Positions 1 through 12,600 of a stretch of 64,000 nt of DNA are shown here, one piece after another. The first letter of the stretch is position 1, and every line of letters begins with the position of its first letter. The notes below the pieces were generated by a model that was given only the letters and a program-made list of their open reading frames with translations, was not told the DNA's origin and did not search any database. A program made the translations under genes and the position numbers. Source of the DNA: Podarcis pityusensis. Taxonomy: Eukaryota. The DNA is taken from the NCBI GenBank assembly GCA_964106645.2, contig OZ078259.1. The stretch is one strand, 5' to 3'.

Positions 1-1
1 T

Positions 2-264
2 TACTGTATTTTTCCGTGTATAAGACATCCCCATGTATAAGACACCCCCTATTTTGGGGGGGAAGACAGGAGTGCCTGGCATGCTCTGGTCCATGGGGTC
101 ATGAAGAGTCGGACACGACTAAACGACTAAACAACAACAACAATTTTTTGGGGACTCCAAATTAAGAAAACGCCCCTCAGCACTACCCGTGTAGACGAGC
201 CCCAATTTTAAACCTAATTTTTGGGTTAAAAAACCCCTAGTCTTATACATGGAAAAATACGGTA
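2..264. mobile_element. Tc1/mariner-pogo-type MITE interrupted by a BovB tail
   Basis: TIR tactgtatttttccgtgtataagac / gtcttatacatggaaaaatacggta with TA ends; uninterrupted relative at 17385-17553. Confidence 0.8.
61..143 (+). mobile_element. RTE-BovB LINE 3' terminal fragment
   Basis: gtccatggggtcatgaagagtcggacacgactaaacgactaaa(caa)n; same tail as the BovB copy at 22054; ttttgggg on both sides. Confidence 0.85.
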
Positions 265-594
265 TTTTATGCATGCTTTATCCTAATTGTTTCTAGTGAG
301 AAAAGTCCATTATATTTAGGATTGCACAGAGAAAGTGAGACTGTGAGGGCCCTTTCCATAGACCAGAGATAGTGAACGTGTTACTCTCCATATGTTGTGC
401 TGCAGCTCCCATCAGCCCTAGTCCTAGATGATGGGAGTTGGAGTCCAAGGTCAAAGGTTGCCCAGTCCTGCCATGGACTTAAACCAATATCCAAGAATAT
501 CCTACATAATTTCTGTTGTAGGCAAAGGACAATTTCCATTAATATACACATGTTCCACTTCTGTCTCAGCCATATCTACTTTGGCTTGGTCATT

Positions 595-1304
595 ACCACA
601 GAATAGAAGATGGCAGGATCCCCAAGGATTTGTTCTATGGGGAGTTAGCTCCAGGTCCATTGGCAGACCAACTTTGCATTACAAAGATATCTGCAAACAT
701 GACATGAAGGCTGGCAACAACAACCTTGCCTTGCAAATGACTGTAGTGCCTGGAGACAGTCTGGTTGTGTATCCACAGCAGTGACCAGAGGAGGAATTAC
801 CTCTGGGAGGAGCACAGAGATGTAGCGAGGAATACCCTGTGCTCAAGTTGGATAGTCAAACAAAAGGCTCTGGCCAAGATAGTGAAGCAAAACAGTGGCC
901 AGGAGGCCTGATCTTTATTGTTGCAACAAGACTTCAAACTACATCATAAAAGAAGCAGAGAGAAACCCTGAACAAAAGTTGCCCATGGTTACCCACAACA
1001 CCTTGGAAAAAGTGTCATGCACTTGTCATAAACATGTCATAAAGCAGGTGTGGCATCTGAATGGAAAGTTGAGTATTCAGAGTTCCCCCAGATTCTGATA
1101 ACAGAGAGAGGAAATGCCATGGTGCATCTGCAGCAGCACAACCAGGCACCTTCATCTGATCTTGCTGCAACAAAACATGTCTCTCCCATATCGGTTTTTA
1201 AAGCCACAGAAGGCATTGCAACCTTCCAACTTCACCAACACACTCTGACTTCACCCTCAAAGACACACTCTTCCATTGTCTCCCAAGACAGATGGATGCC
1301 AACA
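595..1304 (+). mobile_element. RTE-clade LINE 3' fragment split by a solo LTR
   Basis: Encodes an EDGRIPKDLFYGEL...GRPTLHYKDICKHDMKAG-like C-terminus with frameshift; colinear with the copy at 23995-24285. Confidence 0.8.
821..1103 (-). mobile_element. Solo LTR (283 bp)
   Basis: TGT...ACA ends, 4-bp TSD gaga, AATAAA on the minus strand (914-919), absent from the homologous RTE copy at 24 kb. Confidence 0.75.
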
Positions 1305-2142
1305 CATATTTATGCACACTCTCCTCTGATATATGCTTTTACTGCATTTATTTATTTATAGGTTGGATGACTGCATTGCAGTATTCAGAATAATGCAGAT
1401 TTTGAAGGATATTTGTATTTCAGTTTGTATATTGTTTTGGGAAGTGGAAATTAGGTTGGTTCACATTAATGCAAAACTTGCTCCCAAGGGTCCAACAGAG
1501 AGAGCATACATTTAAGTTATACCAAAGAATAAGATAGGGAATTTCTTAACTATTTTGTTTTCCTTTAGACTTTGAACAATTTTGAGTCAATGCATCATAT
1601 GGTGATTGTAACACAACAATCACAAAACAATGATAAGGTAAAGAGGTTTCTCTTAATCTAAGACTGTTACAATAGCTGCTAAAAAGTACAACAGAATCAA
1701 GCCAAGCGAGGTGCACAGATTTTTCCTGTTTGCATCCTAGTCCATCTCTGGGCCATAGCCTTATATACTCTGTTTTCTCATGACTAAGCAGAAGCTGCAA
1801 AACAAAGAGTACTGTACAACATTTTAAACAAAAGATCTTTCTAAATTATGTTCTGTTTTATTTAAGTTTCTATAACTATATGTGACCCAAGGTAATGCTT
1901 GCATTTTATACTTTGATCTATAGATTTCCTAAATTAGATTTATAATTAACCTCTTTCAACCCTATTCATTCCCACACCATTATCTTCAAACAAGACTTTT
2001 CTTCTTTTTTTTACAGGAAGATCATTACTGTTTAACTAACTGTTTTCAACTGTCTTCATCTCATCTAAGGCACGTTTCTCTCTCTTTTGTCAGGTAAGTA
2101 ACCTGCAGCTCAGGGGCCCCAAACACCACTGAGCCTAAACCA

Positions 2143-2306
2143 GAGAGCCAGTGTGGTGTAGTGGTTAAGAGCGGTGGACTCGTAATCTGGTGAACCGGGT
2201 TTGCATCCCCGCTCCTCCACATGTAGCTGCTGGGTGACCTTGGGCTAGTCACACTTCAGTGAAGTCTCTCAGCTCCACTCACCTCACAGAGTGTTTGTTG
2301 TGGGGG
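2143..2306 (+). mobile_element. tRNA-derived MIR/CORE-like SINE (Squam3-like)
   Basis: A-box gtggtgtagtggtt, B-box-like region, core gctgggtgaccttgggctagtcac. Confidence 0.75.
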
Positions 2307-3195
2307 TTTGTTATGCTCTTGTATTTGAATGTGTGCGCATCTACAGGTATGTCCTGGTGCCTGCATGAACATGTGAAACTGAATCTGTAGATGGAATGCA
2401 GGAAATCCCTGCTCACCATGTTCCTATCATGCTCAGTCCCTGAAAATGTCCACGTTGGCTGGAAAAAATAGGGTTGCCATATTAAAAAAAATAAAATTCC
2501 TGGGTTTTTTTAGGAAGACCCCAACATCCCAACATTGTTGAGGAAACCATTGTTGGAGGAACAAACCCAAAATTAGTTATTTTAAGCTGTTTCTGCTGCT
2601 TTTCCCATTGAGTTGCCATACGTCCGGGTTTCTCCTGACATTTTTGCTGATTTGACAAAATTCCCCCCAACACCATTTTTACACCTGAAAACCAGGACAT
2701 TTCAGGAAAAAGTCCACGGGAGGCTTTCACTTCTGCCTACTTGAACGCAAGTGGAATGCCTTGCATGATCTTGCTTTACCATGACCCACAAGCACATTGA
2801 GGGTTCTTTTCATGTTCAAGCAAGCACAAGTACAAGCCTCCTTGCCAGGGGCGTCTTACCCATAGACGTTAGTGGCGCAGGGTACCAGGGCACCAGATTT
2901 TGGAGGGTGCCACAGGCTGAGTGTCCGGGAAGGAGAGTCAGGGCGCCCTCCCTTCTCTGCTTTGGGACAGCCCACTCCTCTCCTCTCAGCCACCCATTGG
3001 AGCACGCTGTGTCCGGCTCAGGGAAGCCCCTTCGCGTCCCTTCCCGCCGGGGCTGCCTGGGTGCCTGGTGGGTGCAATTGGGGGTGGGCGTATGTGTCTC
3101 TACTGCCCCTCTCTGGCCACGTCACTGCCTGCGCACCTCCCTGTGGAGTCAGGCGAGCCACCTGATCTGCTTGCTGGTCCTCCTGTCGTGAGCAC

Positions 3196-3227
<32 letters not shown>

Positions 3228-4053
3228 TCAGGGGTTCAGGAGCAGGGGCACAGGAAAGGGAGGAAATAGAGAGCGAGGGGGAGGAGTCCGAAGGAAATGT
3301 TAGCGATGACAGCGGTCCGAGGTCTCTGAGTCTTTCCAGCGAATCGGAAGATTCACAGAAAGGGGCTCCCATGGTCAGAGCAAGGGGGGTGCCTAGGGGG
3401 ACACCCCAGGAAGAAGGGGCCAGAGGGGACTCAGAGAGCAGCAGTTGGAAATCAGGACCAGCGTCCACACCAGAGTGCAGTAGGGGGGAGGAGTCCCAGG
3501 CATCGGGATCAGGCGGCGCACTGCCAGTGGGAGGACATGAGTCAGGATTGGCCACGCCTCCATCGGGGAGCGAGGAAACGGTCGAGAGGAAGGTTGAAGG
3601 CTGGGCGCGCGCGCCAAGTTCAAATGTACAGGAGGGCGGCGCAGTTGGCAGCCCGGATAGGGAGCCAGGTCCCAAAGCCCGCCGAAAAGAGGGGGAGGAG
3701 TCAGGGGGGTCAACGTCAGCGTCAGAAGAATCCAGGAAGGAAGGGACCCCGGGGGGTAGCAGGACCCAGAGGAGAAAGGAGAGACGGAAGAGGTGGAGTA
3801 AGGCTAGAATCTTAAACTGGTGTACAGGGGGCGGAGACTCAGATGGAGCTTCGCCGATCTAACCCCTAGATGTAGAGCTGGGGCGCTGCGGCTTGAAAAT
3901 GGAAACTGTACTTCAATAAAGACTTTTGTACATTACTGCCGGCTAGCGTTGGTCCTCTGTGAGCTGGGACCTGGAGCCAGCTCTGACAAATAATAATAAT
4001 AATTTTTATTTATACCCCGCCCTCCCCAGCCAAGGCCGGGCTCAGAGCGGCTA
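3196..4053 (-). mobile_element. L2-type 3' tail with (ATT)n, split by an LTR
   Basis: Minus strand reads tagccgctctgagcccggccttggctggggagggcggggtataaataaaa(att)n. Confidence 0.6.
3226..3988 (+). mobile_element. Solo LTR (763 bp, probably Gypsy-like), CpG-rich and apparently young
   Basis: tgtcag...ctgaca terminal IR, aataa on both flanks within (AAT)n, AATAAA at 3915-3920. Confidence 0.8.
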
Positions 4054-5029
4054 GAGGGAGGCTTCACGGGAGGGTGCAGGAGGCCGTCTGGGCTGCGATC
4101 CAGGCGCCTCTTACTTACGAGCAGCACCGAGTGTGCATCGAACCATGCGATGTAAACGAGCCAAACCAAAGTCCCCCCCTTAAAAAAGGTAGACAACTCT
4201 GGAAAATGCGCGGGGGGGGGGGGGGCAGAGAGATATTTGCACCACGGTGCAGGATATGCTTAAGATGGCCCTGCTCCTTGCAGACCTTCCCCATGACTAG
4301 ATGCACACATATTGCTTGTTTAGTTGTTATTAATGACACAAAGTGGCACTTCAGAAAGAATTTAAGGAGAGGCTGCTCTTCCCCAAGGAGCTTAAAATCT
4401 ACAGGGTGTTCAAACTTCCCTCATGCATTGTTGCATGGGGGAGCATCAGCACACCCAACAATTATGCCTTTACTACTGATTGTATGAGGACTTAAAAAAC
4501 AAAATAAAAATGTACGTGGAAATGTAAACCTAAACTTCAGATAGAAAAATATTCACCCATGCATGGCTGCCAGAATATCCCACCTCTTGCAAGGCGTTGC
4601 CAGTTCTTGAGTATGCCTTGAGTATGCCTCATTGCTTCTAGACCCGAGTTTCCCAGCTGCGAAAATGAGAATTCATCATGACCTTCTTTGTTGGTTTTCA
4701 TTATCTGTAATGATGAGGACTGTACCAAATTTCAATCAAAACTGATGTTTTGGCCAAATTTGAGGTGATGGGGCTGAAACAGGCGTATAATTTAAGGGTA
4801 GTGGTCCCTAAACCATCTCATGATGGTCTAGGGGAAGGCGATAATTTACTGTGATGATGTTGGAGGCATCTGTCTCCTTTCCCTAACCAAAGTTTCAGTC
4901 AATAGCAGATGTGAGGCTACAACGGAGGGAGTGGACTTCCTTCCAATATGTTTCCTCCACCCACCTTACCTCTATCAGGTAATTCTAGCCATTAACTGCA
5001 TTTTTGCTAAAACCCTAACCATGGTACCT

Positions 5030-5190
5030 TTGCAATGCTGCTGCAGGCAGAAATGCTTCCCAATACAGTTGCTAGAAACCACAGGAGTGGGGGATAGTGC
5101 TCTTGTGCTCAGGTCTTGCTTGATCAGCCACTGTGAAAACAATGTTCGACTTGATGGGCCAGTGGCCTGATCCAGCAAGCTGTTCTTATG
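5030..5190 (+). mobile_element. CR1-type 3' UTR fragment
   Basis: ccactgtgaaaac...gatgggccagtggcctgatccagcaagctgttcttatg tail shared with the 14.3 and 43.8 kb copies. Confidence 0.6.
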
Positions 5191-5954
5191 TAAGGTGCAG
5201 GGTGGTAGGGGAAGAGCTGCATCCACTGCTTTGCCCACAGTTGGTGTCCCCCTTCTCCCAAACCATCAGGACATAATGTGGGGGCCAAGCAGTGAACAGC
5301 AGGTATGAGAGGGCCAGTCGTGTTCTGTTAAAGCAGAGATGGGAAACCTGAACCCCTTTACTTAATCTAATGTGTGTTGCATGGTGCGGAAAGAGCAAAG
5401 GAGGGGGCAGAAAGAGAAAAAGTTAGATGGAGAAGAAGCATTAGCAGAGGATTCACAGAGAAGCCCAATTTAAGAGTTTGTAAATTCCTAATACCTTTTG
5501 TCTGAGATCTTACTTGACTGTTACTCGCACTTAAGTGGAAGCAATCTGTTCCACTCACTCATGTCATCAAGCGGCACTATACAATGTCTCCCTAATATTA
5601 TCAAGCTCTGCAGCCTCTTAGTGCTAAAGCATTCTTTGCCTTATGCTAAGCACTACATCTATAAATGCCTAAAGGAAGAAACATACTGGCCAAACACCCC
5701 TGAAATAAAATGTATGTGGATATATAAAATATGCTGAATGACAATAAATTTTATGTGCATGGAAATGATGGATAGACTTCAAAACTACCTCAACTTGACA
5801 GAACTGATAGGCTGGCAAAGCATAAATGTAATTTCCCACTTCTTATTAGGTGCTAGAAGGCTGAGATTAAGTGTGAGCAAAGATTACATAATGCACTAGA
5901 CTTAATTTAAAAGCATCTGCTGCTTATTCCTCTTCATTGGCATCACATTCAAAA

Positions 5955-6045
5955 CCAACAAAGAGTCTAGTGGCATCTTAAAGAGTATCCAATTTATTGT
6001 GGCATAAGCTTTAGTGCACTAGAGTTTACTCCAACAGATGCATAT
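5955..6045 (-). mobile_element. Penelope-like terminal fragment, degenerate
   Basis: Minus strand tgcatctg...ctctagtgcactaaagcttatgccacaataaa...tctttaagatgccac. Confidence 0.5.
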
Positions 6046-6109
6046 AATGTTATCCTAAGTGGGGGAATTGTAAGCAGTGAGGCCTGTAGCAAGTGGAAGG
6101 CAAAAAGCC

Positions 6110-6292
6110 AGTGATGTACCTAGTGTTAGACTGGGGTCTGGGAGACAAGGGTTCAAATCCCCATTCAGCCATGAACCTTGCCATGTGACCATCTCTCAAT
6201 CTAGCCTACTCATAAGGTTGCTGTCAGGATATAATGAGGAGGAAGAATATCATATACACCATCTGAAGCTCTTTGGAGGAAAGGTGGTGTAA
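6110..6292 (+). mobile_element. MIR/CORE-like tRNA SINE (Squam3-like)
   Basis: B-box ggttcaaatccc, cagccatgaa core, similar to 11455 and 32148. Confidence 0.65.
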
Positions 6293-8645
6293 TGATTTCT
6301 GGAAGGCAAGAAAGCCCTGATAATAAGTAATGACTCTCTTACTTCTTATAATTTCTGAAACTAGTAAATGTGGTGTTTGAAGTCAAGACAGCCTCCTCAA
6401 GAGATGGTCTTAAAGAGGAGCTGTCCAAGAACAAAGACAGGTGATAGAAGAGTTTTTACCCTGACAAAAGGTGAGATATTCAGCATCAGACAAGCAAGGG
6501 TGAGGCGGCCAATATTACAGGTGGCATGATGTCACCACAGGAAAAAGTGCCTGCTGCAGGAGGCTTCTGAAATGGAGGTTGTCAGGGTGACAGTGCTATA
6601 TGCCCATGTCACCCCAAACCACCGTTTCAGTTTGGAAACTGCCCAGAGATTGGAATTCATTCATGCAGCTGAATGGCCCAGAAAGGAGTAGCCATGTAAA
6701 ATGTCAGAGCTCACTCTCCTGTTTGAGAAAATATATTTGCTGAAGGAAAGTCACCATTAGACAAACTAATATGCCTTTGAAGCAGCAGTAATGAGTATCT
6801 AAAAAGGGAGATGTTGTGAAGGTCAGTGAAGGAAGAAAAAAGTAAGCGCAGTTCAGCCAAAACCCACGTCTTAATGATTTCAGTTGATGCATTTGAAAAG
6901 GACCACAGTCATGATGAGGTCTGAGAGACCCTGGCCTTGCATGGGAACTCTGAACTCACCCCCTGAATGTTCTGCTTCCTGTTTAAAATGAAAGCCTCCA
7001 GTTCTTCCCCATTGCTCACAACAAAGAAAAAATGTTTCTGTCTTCCAATTTCTGGCCAATGAACAGAACAACTGGCAAGCACTAGAGCCTTCTTTTCTAT
7101 TTCTTCTCTCTCTTTCTCTCTCTTGCTCTTAAACTAGTTAGTGCATTAATACATAGTTTATTGAGCTACTTCTATTCGTGTACATCTGGTTGTTCTGTGA
7201 TGGTTCCCTGACATTTCTGGCTCAATGTATCTGCAGATGCAAGCAAACACTGGCAGATTCTCTTCAGCAGAAGCCACAAATGGAAATTCATCTTTCTAAA
7301 GGTTCACCAGCTCACCAACAAGGCATCTGGCACTATTGGTGGACTTTGGGCGGCACCCTGTATGATGCTAAAATCCGGTGCCCCCTGCCTCTAACACTCT
7401 GTGCTTTGTTTGTTCCACCCTAAAACTGCCTCTCCTGGCACAGTTTAATCCTGTGGTTCTTTCTCCTGCTTGAACCCCCCCCCCCCCCAAATAATGAATC
7501 TTCCACTTTATCAGATGCAAAGCCCTATTTCTGAGCAGTCACTCCCAGGATATTTGAGGAATATTGGGACTTGGGAATTCAGAAGCAGCAGGATGTCACC
7601 TACAGAGGGCTGTTGGAGGATAGTGGGTGCTCTATTTGAAGGTGTCTTCTACATGAAGGACCATCCTGCCCCCCTCCTGGTTAAAGATAAAGCATAAAAA
7701 AGGAGAGCAGACACTCTGGACTTGTCCATCAACACTGAGGTACCTTGATAGCAGACTGCGCCAGCAGCTGGGATACCTGGTTACTTATGGTTAGGTGTAT
7801 CTCTATTTAAATTAGAAATTACTGAATTTGCATCTGTAAATAGAAATTTGTGTATGCAAATATTTATTGTTAAAAAATGATGATACATTTTCTCTCCCTT
7901 TGATTTTGGCTTGTAGCTAACCAAGCCATACTTAGACTCATTGATCCAACTTAACTAAAACCATTGTCTACTCTGACTGTGATTTAGCTGAATTCTAGAA
8001 TTGCAGAGTAGGAAGGGACCCTGAGTGTCATACAGTTCAACCCCCTGCCTTACAGCAATCTCAACTAAAGCATGCATGACAGAGTAGAATAATATTTTAG
8101 GAAGCTAGTTTACCACTTAGGGAGGAATTGGGAAAAATAAGAACACACAGTTTCCCTTATAACTCCCTAAGTAAAAAAACATATTTTTAAAAACAAGCTA
8201 GAAATTGGGCTGGGGCTGGGGCTGGGGCTGGGGCTGGAATATTCCTGAAGGTGGCAGACCCCCATAATTCCCTTGTTGACTCCATGCCATTATCCACAAG
8301 AATTTCCTTATTTTAACCTGTGAAATATGGCAGACTATCCTGTCAGCAAGCAGAGATTCAGTATGAAGTTCAACATGCATCAGGAGCCAGCACAATGCAG
8401 GGTGTTTGTGGGGAGAAAGAACATTTACGCAATTTATTAGGCACAGTTGGAAGGTATGTGAAAAATGATGTAGTTATCCTTGGGAAGTTATTGTGTATCA
8501 GAAAAGCTTCCCCTGCATTCAATTTGTGTATGTTCTCTTGTAGTGTAATTACAAATGGCCAGTTAGTAAAAGGCTCTAATGTCAGACTGAATTAGTTTTC
8601 CAAAGCTTGTCTAAAAACAGGAGGAAAAAGCTAGGAGGGACTTTT

Positions 8646-8646
<1 letters not shown>

Positions 8647-8676
<30 letters not shown>
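8647..8676. repeat. (CAT)n microsatellite
   Basis: Read directly. Confidence 0.95.
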
Positions 8677-8677
<1 letters not shown>

Positions 8678-9252
8678 TATTAGTATTATTAGTATGTGTG
8701 TAGATAGGGGTCTGCTAGGGGCCTAGTAAATGGGGACTATTAGAATACCTCTTCCCATGCGTCTCTGCTGAGAGGCAGATGGATTTGTGAATGCATCCGA
8801 CATTTAATGAGGCTTAATGTGTGAAGATGAGAGCAGCTGGGGAGGCTGTTAAAAGGGAGTGAGGGAAGAAAAAGGAGAATGTGCACTGTAGAGTTTAAGG
8901 GAACCAAGCAAAAAAAGAAGATGGCATATTTGGCACATTCTTTTCATATAGCCCAATCTATAGCAAGGAAGGGACTTTGGGGAAAAGAGAGAGGGGCAAA
9001 GTTGGAGGAAAGGAGCATTGCTCTAAGATTTACCCTGTGAAAAAGGAGATGTGCATCTTTGCAAAATGAAGCTCAAGGCTTCTGCGTTGCAAAAGGTCTC
9101 ACCTATTCAATTTATTGGAGTCCACCCCCCCTTATACTTTTGAGAACAACTGTCAGAACTGGTGGGCAGGCAATTCAATACAGGAATCACCACAGAACAT
9201 ATGTTTGATTTAGTTCTGATTTAATATTTGTATGTTCAACAATGAATGGGCA

Positions 9253-9254
<2 letters not shown>

Positions 9255-9289
<35 letters not shown>

Positions 9290-9450
9290 TTCATTAAATT
9301 TGTATACTGCCCTTCACCCGAAGATTACAGGATGGTTCACAACATAAAAATACAAAATGAGAACACAAAATACATCATAAGATCAAAACGAAATAAAAAA
9401 TACCCCCTTCAAACACATTTAAAAGGCCACAGAATGTTAATCACCCAAAG
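9255..9450 (-). mobile_element. L2-type 3' tail with (AAT)n
   Basis: tttgtatactgcccttcacccgaagattacaggatggttcacaac; related tails at 32370 and 34960. Confidence 0.6.
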
Positions 9451-9937
9451 GAACATTTTCACTCTTCAAGTCATACTGTGCAGCATGAAGCAATAGGATG
9501 GATAAAAACAGACTTCTATTGGAATAAAAACTGTCCAGACCCATAAATATTCAAAAATTCAAAAGCTCAAATAACAAAACTTGTTCCAAAACAGATACAA
9601 AAACAAATAATGGTACATCTAAATAGTTGTATAATATCATGTGCATGTCCAGTACATCACAGTCACTAACTGCTGTTGCCATGTGCCCCATATCTCATGT
9701 GCCCTCTTTACTTCCCCTTGCTCAGAACCACTGTGATTTCAGAATCCCCCACCCCCTCCCCAGCAACTCTTTCCCAGGCACATCCTACGTTGGTTAATTT
9801 AAAAACAACAAAAACCAAAAATTAAAAGCACACAAGTTACATTTTTAAATTCCTGCATTGTGGGGACTAACAGAAGGACAACAAAAATGAATTTTGGAAG
9901 CCCTTATGGTGGCTACTTACTTAGAGGTAAGGAAACC

Positions 9938-10273
9938 CATACCCTCCAAGTGTCTCTATTTTCCATGGACAGTCCTGGAATTACAAAAGCCACCTGAGCA
10001 TCTGATTTGATCCCGGAATGTCCCTATTTTCCCCACCAGAATTGCTGCCGCTGAGCTTGGGGAGGAGGATTAGCCAGTGCTTATCCTGAGTTGCAGTGGT
10101 GGAAAGGTCATGGGAAGCATCCCATTGCCTCCCCATGACCTTTCCATGGCCACTGCTGCCAGTCTCCTTCTCTCTGATAGGACGTGCTGGGGGGGGGGAA
10201 CAAAAATGAGTGGGTGAGGAGGGGGCAAGTGACAAATGTCCCCATTTTCATCTGAGGGATATTGGGGGGTATG
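9938..10273. mobile_element. hAT-like MITE
   Basis: TIR cataccctccaa / ttggggggtatg with subterminal gtccctatttt repeats; relative at 48935-49618. Confidence 0.65.
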
Positions 10274-11454
10274 GAAAGAGAAGAGTGTATGCATGTGTTT
10301 TGGGATTGGGAAATGGCAGGGAATGGCCTCAGGGGGTGCGGGAAGGGGGAACACAGGGATTTTTTCTATGCCCTAGATTTTGGTCCGAGAAGGTTTCTGA
10401 GAGTTGCCTATCAGTTGATGTGGGTTTTCATGACCCATACACAGGTCAATTCTATCTATGGCTTGGGAGAACTTCATGGAATAAACTACAGATGCAGTAT
10501 GGATTTGGCCATGCAGAAGGTGGTACTGTCCCCACCCTACCTTTCTGAAATCAGAACCATCTTGCTTTGATAATGTATAAATCATGCCTTAGAGAGAGCT
10601 GGGAGCAGCACACATGTCAGTAGTGTGAAGCAAACACACCAAAAAGCCTTCTCACAGAAAGGGGAGGATGCATGTTATTAAAGGTGAAAGCAAAGAATAG
10701 ATATTTGGCAGCCTGTTCTCTTTGTGCCTTGCATCTGAAATCTAGTATTTTGGGGGAAGGCTGAATTGCAAAGCAGAAGAGAGGCCTGGGAGATAGTACT
10801 TATCATGGAATGAGATCTGTTTCTGCCATACTTAATCCAGTGTAACACATGATTACAACAGTAATGCTTCTCCTTTACACATACCCTTGTTCTGAAACAT
10901 TTAAATATTTCAAAAAACATAGTTAATCATTTATGTTAATAGGAGTAACCACACTCAGCTTGATGGGGTGTGTCATTTCTTGGGCAAAATGAACTCTTCG
11001 GGGGGTGTATTTTCGTCATATTAAATACTCTTACAGCAAAATATACGTAGAAAAACATCTTTGCACATGTGGTCTCAAGCAGTAGACTATTTTTATCATT
11101 ATTTATTATACTGATCCTTGTATTTTGAACTGAGAGCAAAGTAAGACACCTGATGGCGATGAAGGGAAAAGAAATCACATATTTGGTGTCTGATTCTGAC
11201 AAATCAGTGATGGACAAGAGTTGTGAGATTTGGACTGGCTGTCTGAAAGCTGAGTAATATGGTGAATTGCAAACATTTAATTTGATGATTACGGTAATTT
11301 AAAGGTTTCATTGGATAATTCTAATGTATTAGTTTGGTTACCTACATGCTGCAGATCACCCTATTTCACCTAGGAATAGTCACTTTTTCTGGAACTTGTT
11401 CCTGGTAAACTATTGGCCACATTTTTTGCCATTAATTTTTGTTATATATAATTT

Positions 11455-11670
11455 ATGTCTTACATTTATATCCCACATTTCCTCCAAGGTGCTCAAGGTT
11501 CCCTCCCCTTCAGATTTTCTCCTTGCAACCCTATGAAATAGGTTAGTCTGAGAGACTGTGGCTGGCTCAAGGTCACCCAGTGAGCACCATGGCTGAGTGG
11601 GGAATTGAATTCTGGTCTCCCAGATCCCAATCCAACACTCTAACATTCTAACCACTATGCCACACTGGCC
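11455..11670 (-). mobile_element. MIR/CORE-like tRNA SINE (Squam3-like)
   Basis: Minus strand ggccagtgtggcatagtggttag...ctcagccatgg...gggtgaccttgag, AT-rich tail. Confidence 0.75.
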
Positions 11671-12284
11671 GTCTGAGAAAAGTGTCTAGTTAGGGTTGCC
11701 AAGCTGCCTGCTCATGATTTCTGAGTGTGTGTGTGTACCCTGTTCTCTAGGGAACTGCACGCACATGAATAATAGGACAACCTCCAATGCACAGTCCATC
11801 ATTCCACACACTGCAACTGCTGAGGTATAACTGCAGGTAACACTGAAAAACGATGCTCTTCAAATAGTTCTTTTTTATATCATTTTTATTAAATCTCCAA
11901 AAATATCTATTCAAATATTTATTTAAGCAAAAGATTCTGGAGCAAAGGATACTCCCAAACCATGCATTTGCTGCTTTGTGGAAAACACAATCATGTCTAA
12001 ATCAGAAAATCAATTCATCCAATGTACCAACTGCACTTCTGACCTGTCTAATTTCAGTTTCAGTTTGTTTACCTGCATCCAGCCTTTCACTGGCCCCAGA
12101 GAAAGATGTGTGACCTCTAAAACAATCCTGCACTACCTAAAAGGTTAACAAAACTAGATTTCCTAGAATCAGATGGAAAGGTGAAATGCATTTGGCCATT
12201 CTGGTTATACTATGACAGTGCACCCCAAAGCTCTGGACAGCCTATCCCAATGGATTCATGTTGACATTAAAGTCTTAACTATGT

Positions 12285-12600
12285 AAGACGAGCCTTGCTG
12301 GTTTAGACTAACGGCCTTAACCATTCCAGCATTCTGTTCCCACGATGGTCAATGAGATGCCTCTGTGAAATTTGTAAGTAGAAGACATTCATACTCACAC
12401 TCTTACCTAGTGACAACTACTCAGAGGCATGATGCCTCTGATCTTGAAGGTAGTGCACAGCCATCAAAACTAGTAGCCACTGAGAACCCCCAAAATTAGT
12501 CTATTTCCCTTATGAAGCATTTCAAAGTGGTGGCCTTGCCTATGCTTTGCAGTAGCAAATACCATAGTTTAGCTTTGTGCTGTGTGAAGAGGTACTATTC
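12285..12600 (-). mobile_element. Old CR1 3' fragment
   Basis: Reverse-complement similarity to 13880-14412. Confidence 0.5.

Larger units (their letters stand above)
2846..4273. mobile_element. Non-autonomous hAT element hosting nested insertions
   Basis: TIR caggggcgtctta / taagatggccctg; perfect 8-bp TSD ctccttgc (2838-2845, 4274-4281). Confidence 0.85.

Noticed and set aside
2921-3862. 313-aa ORF as a host gene
   Set aside because: It crosses a hAT element, an (AAT)n tract and an LTR, and has no ATG at its start; it is a chimera of nested repeats.
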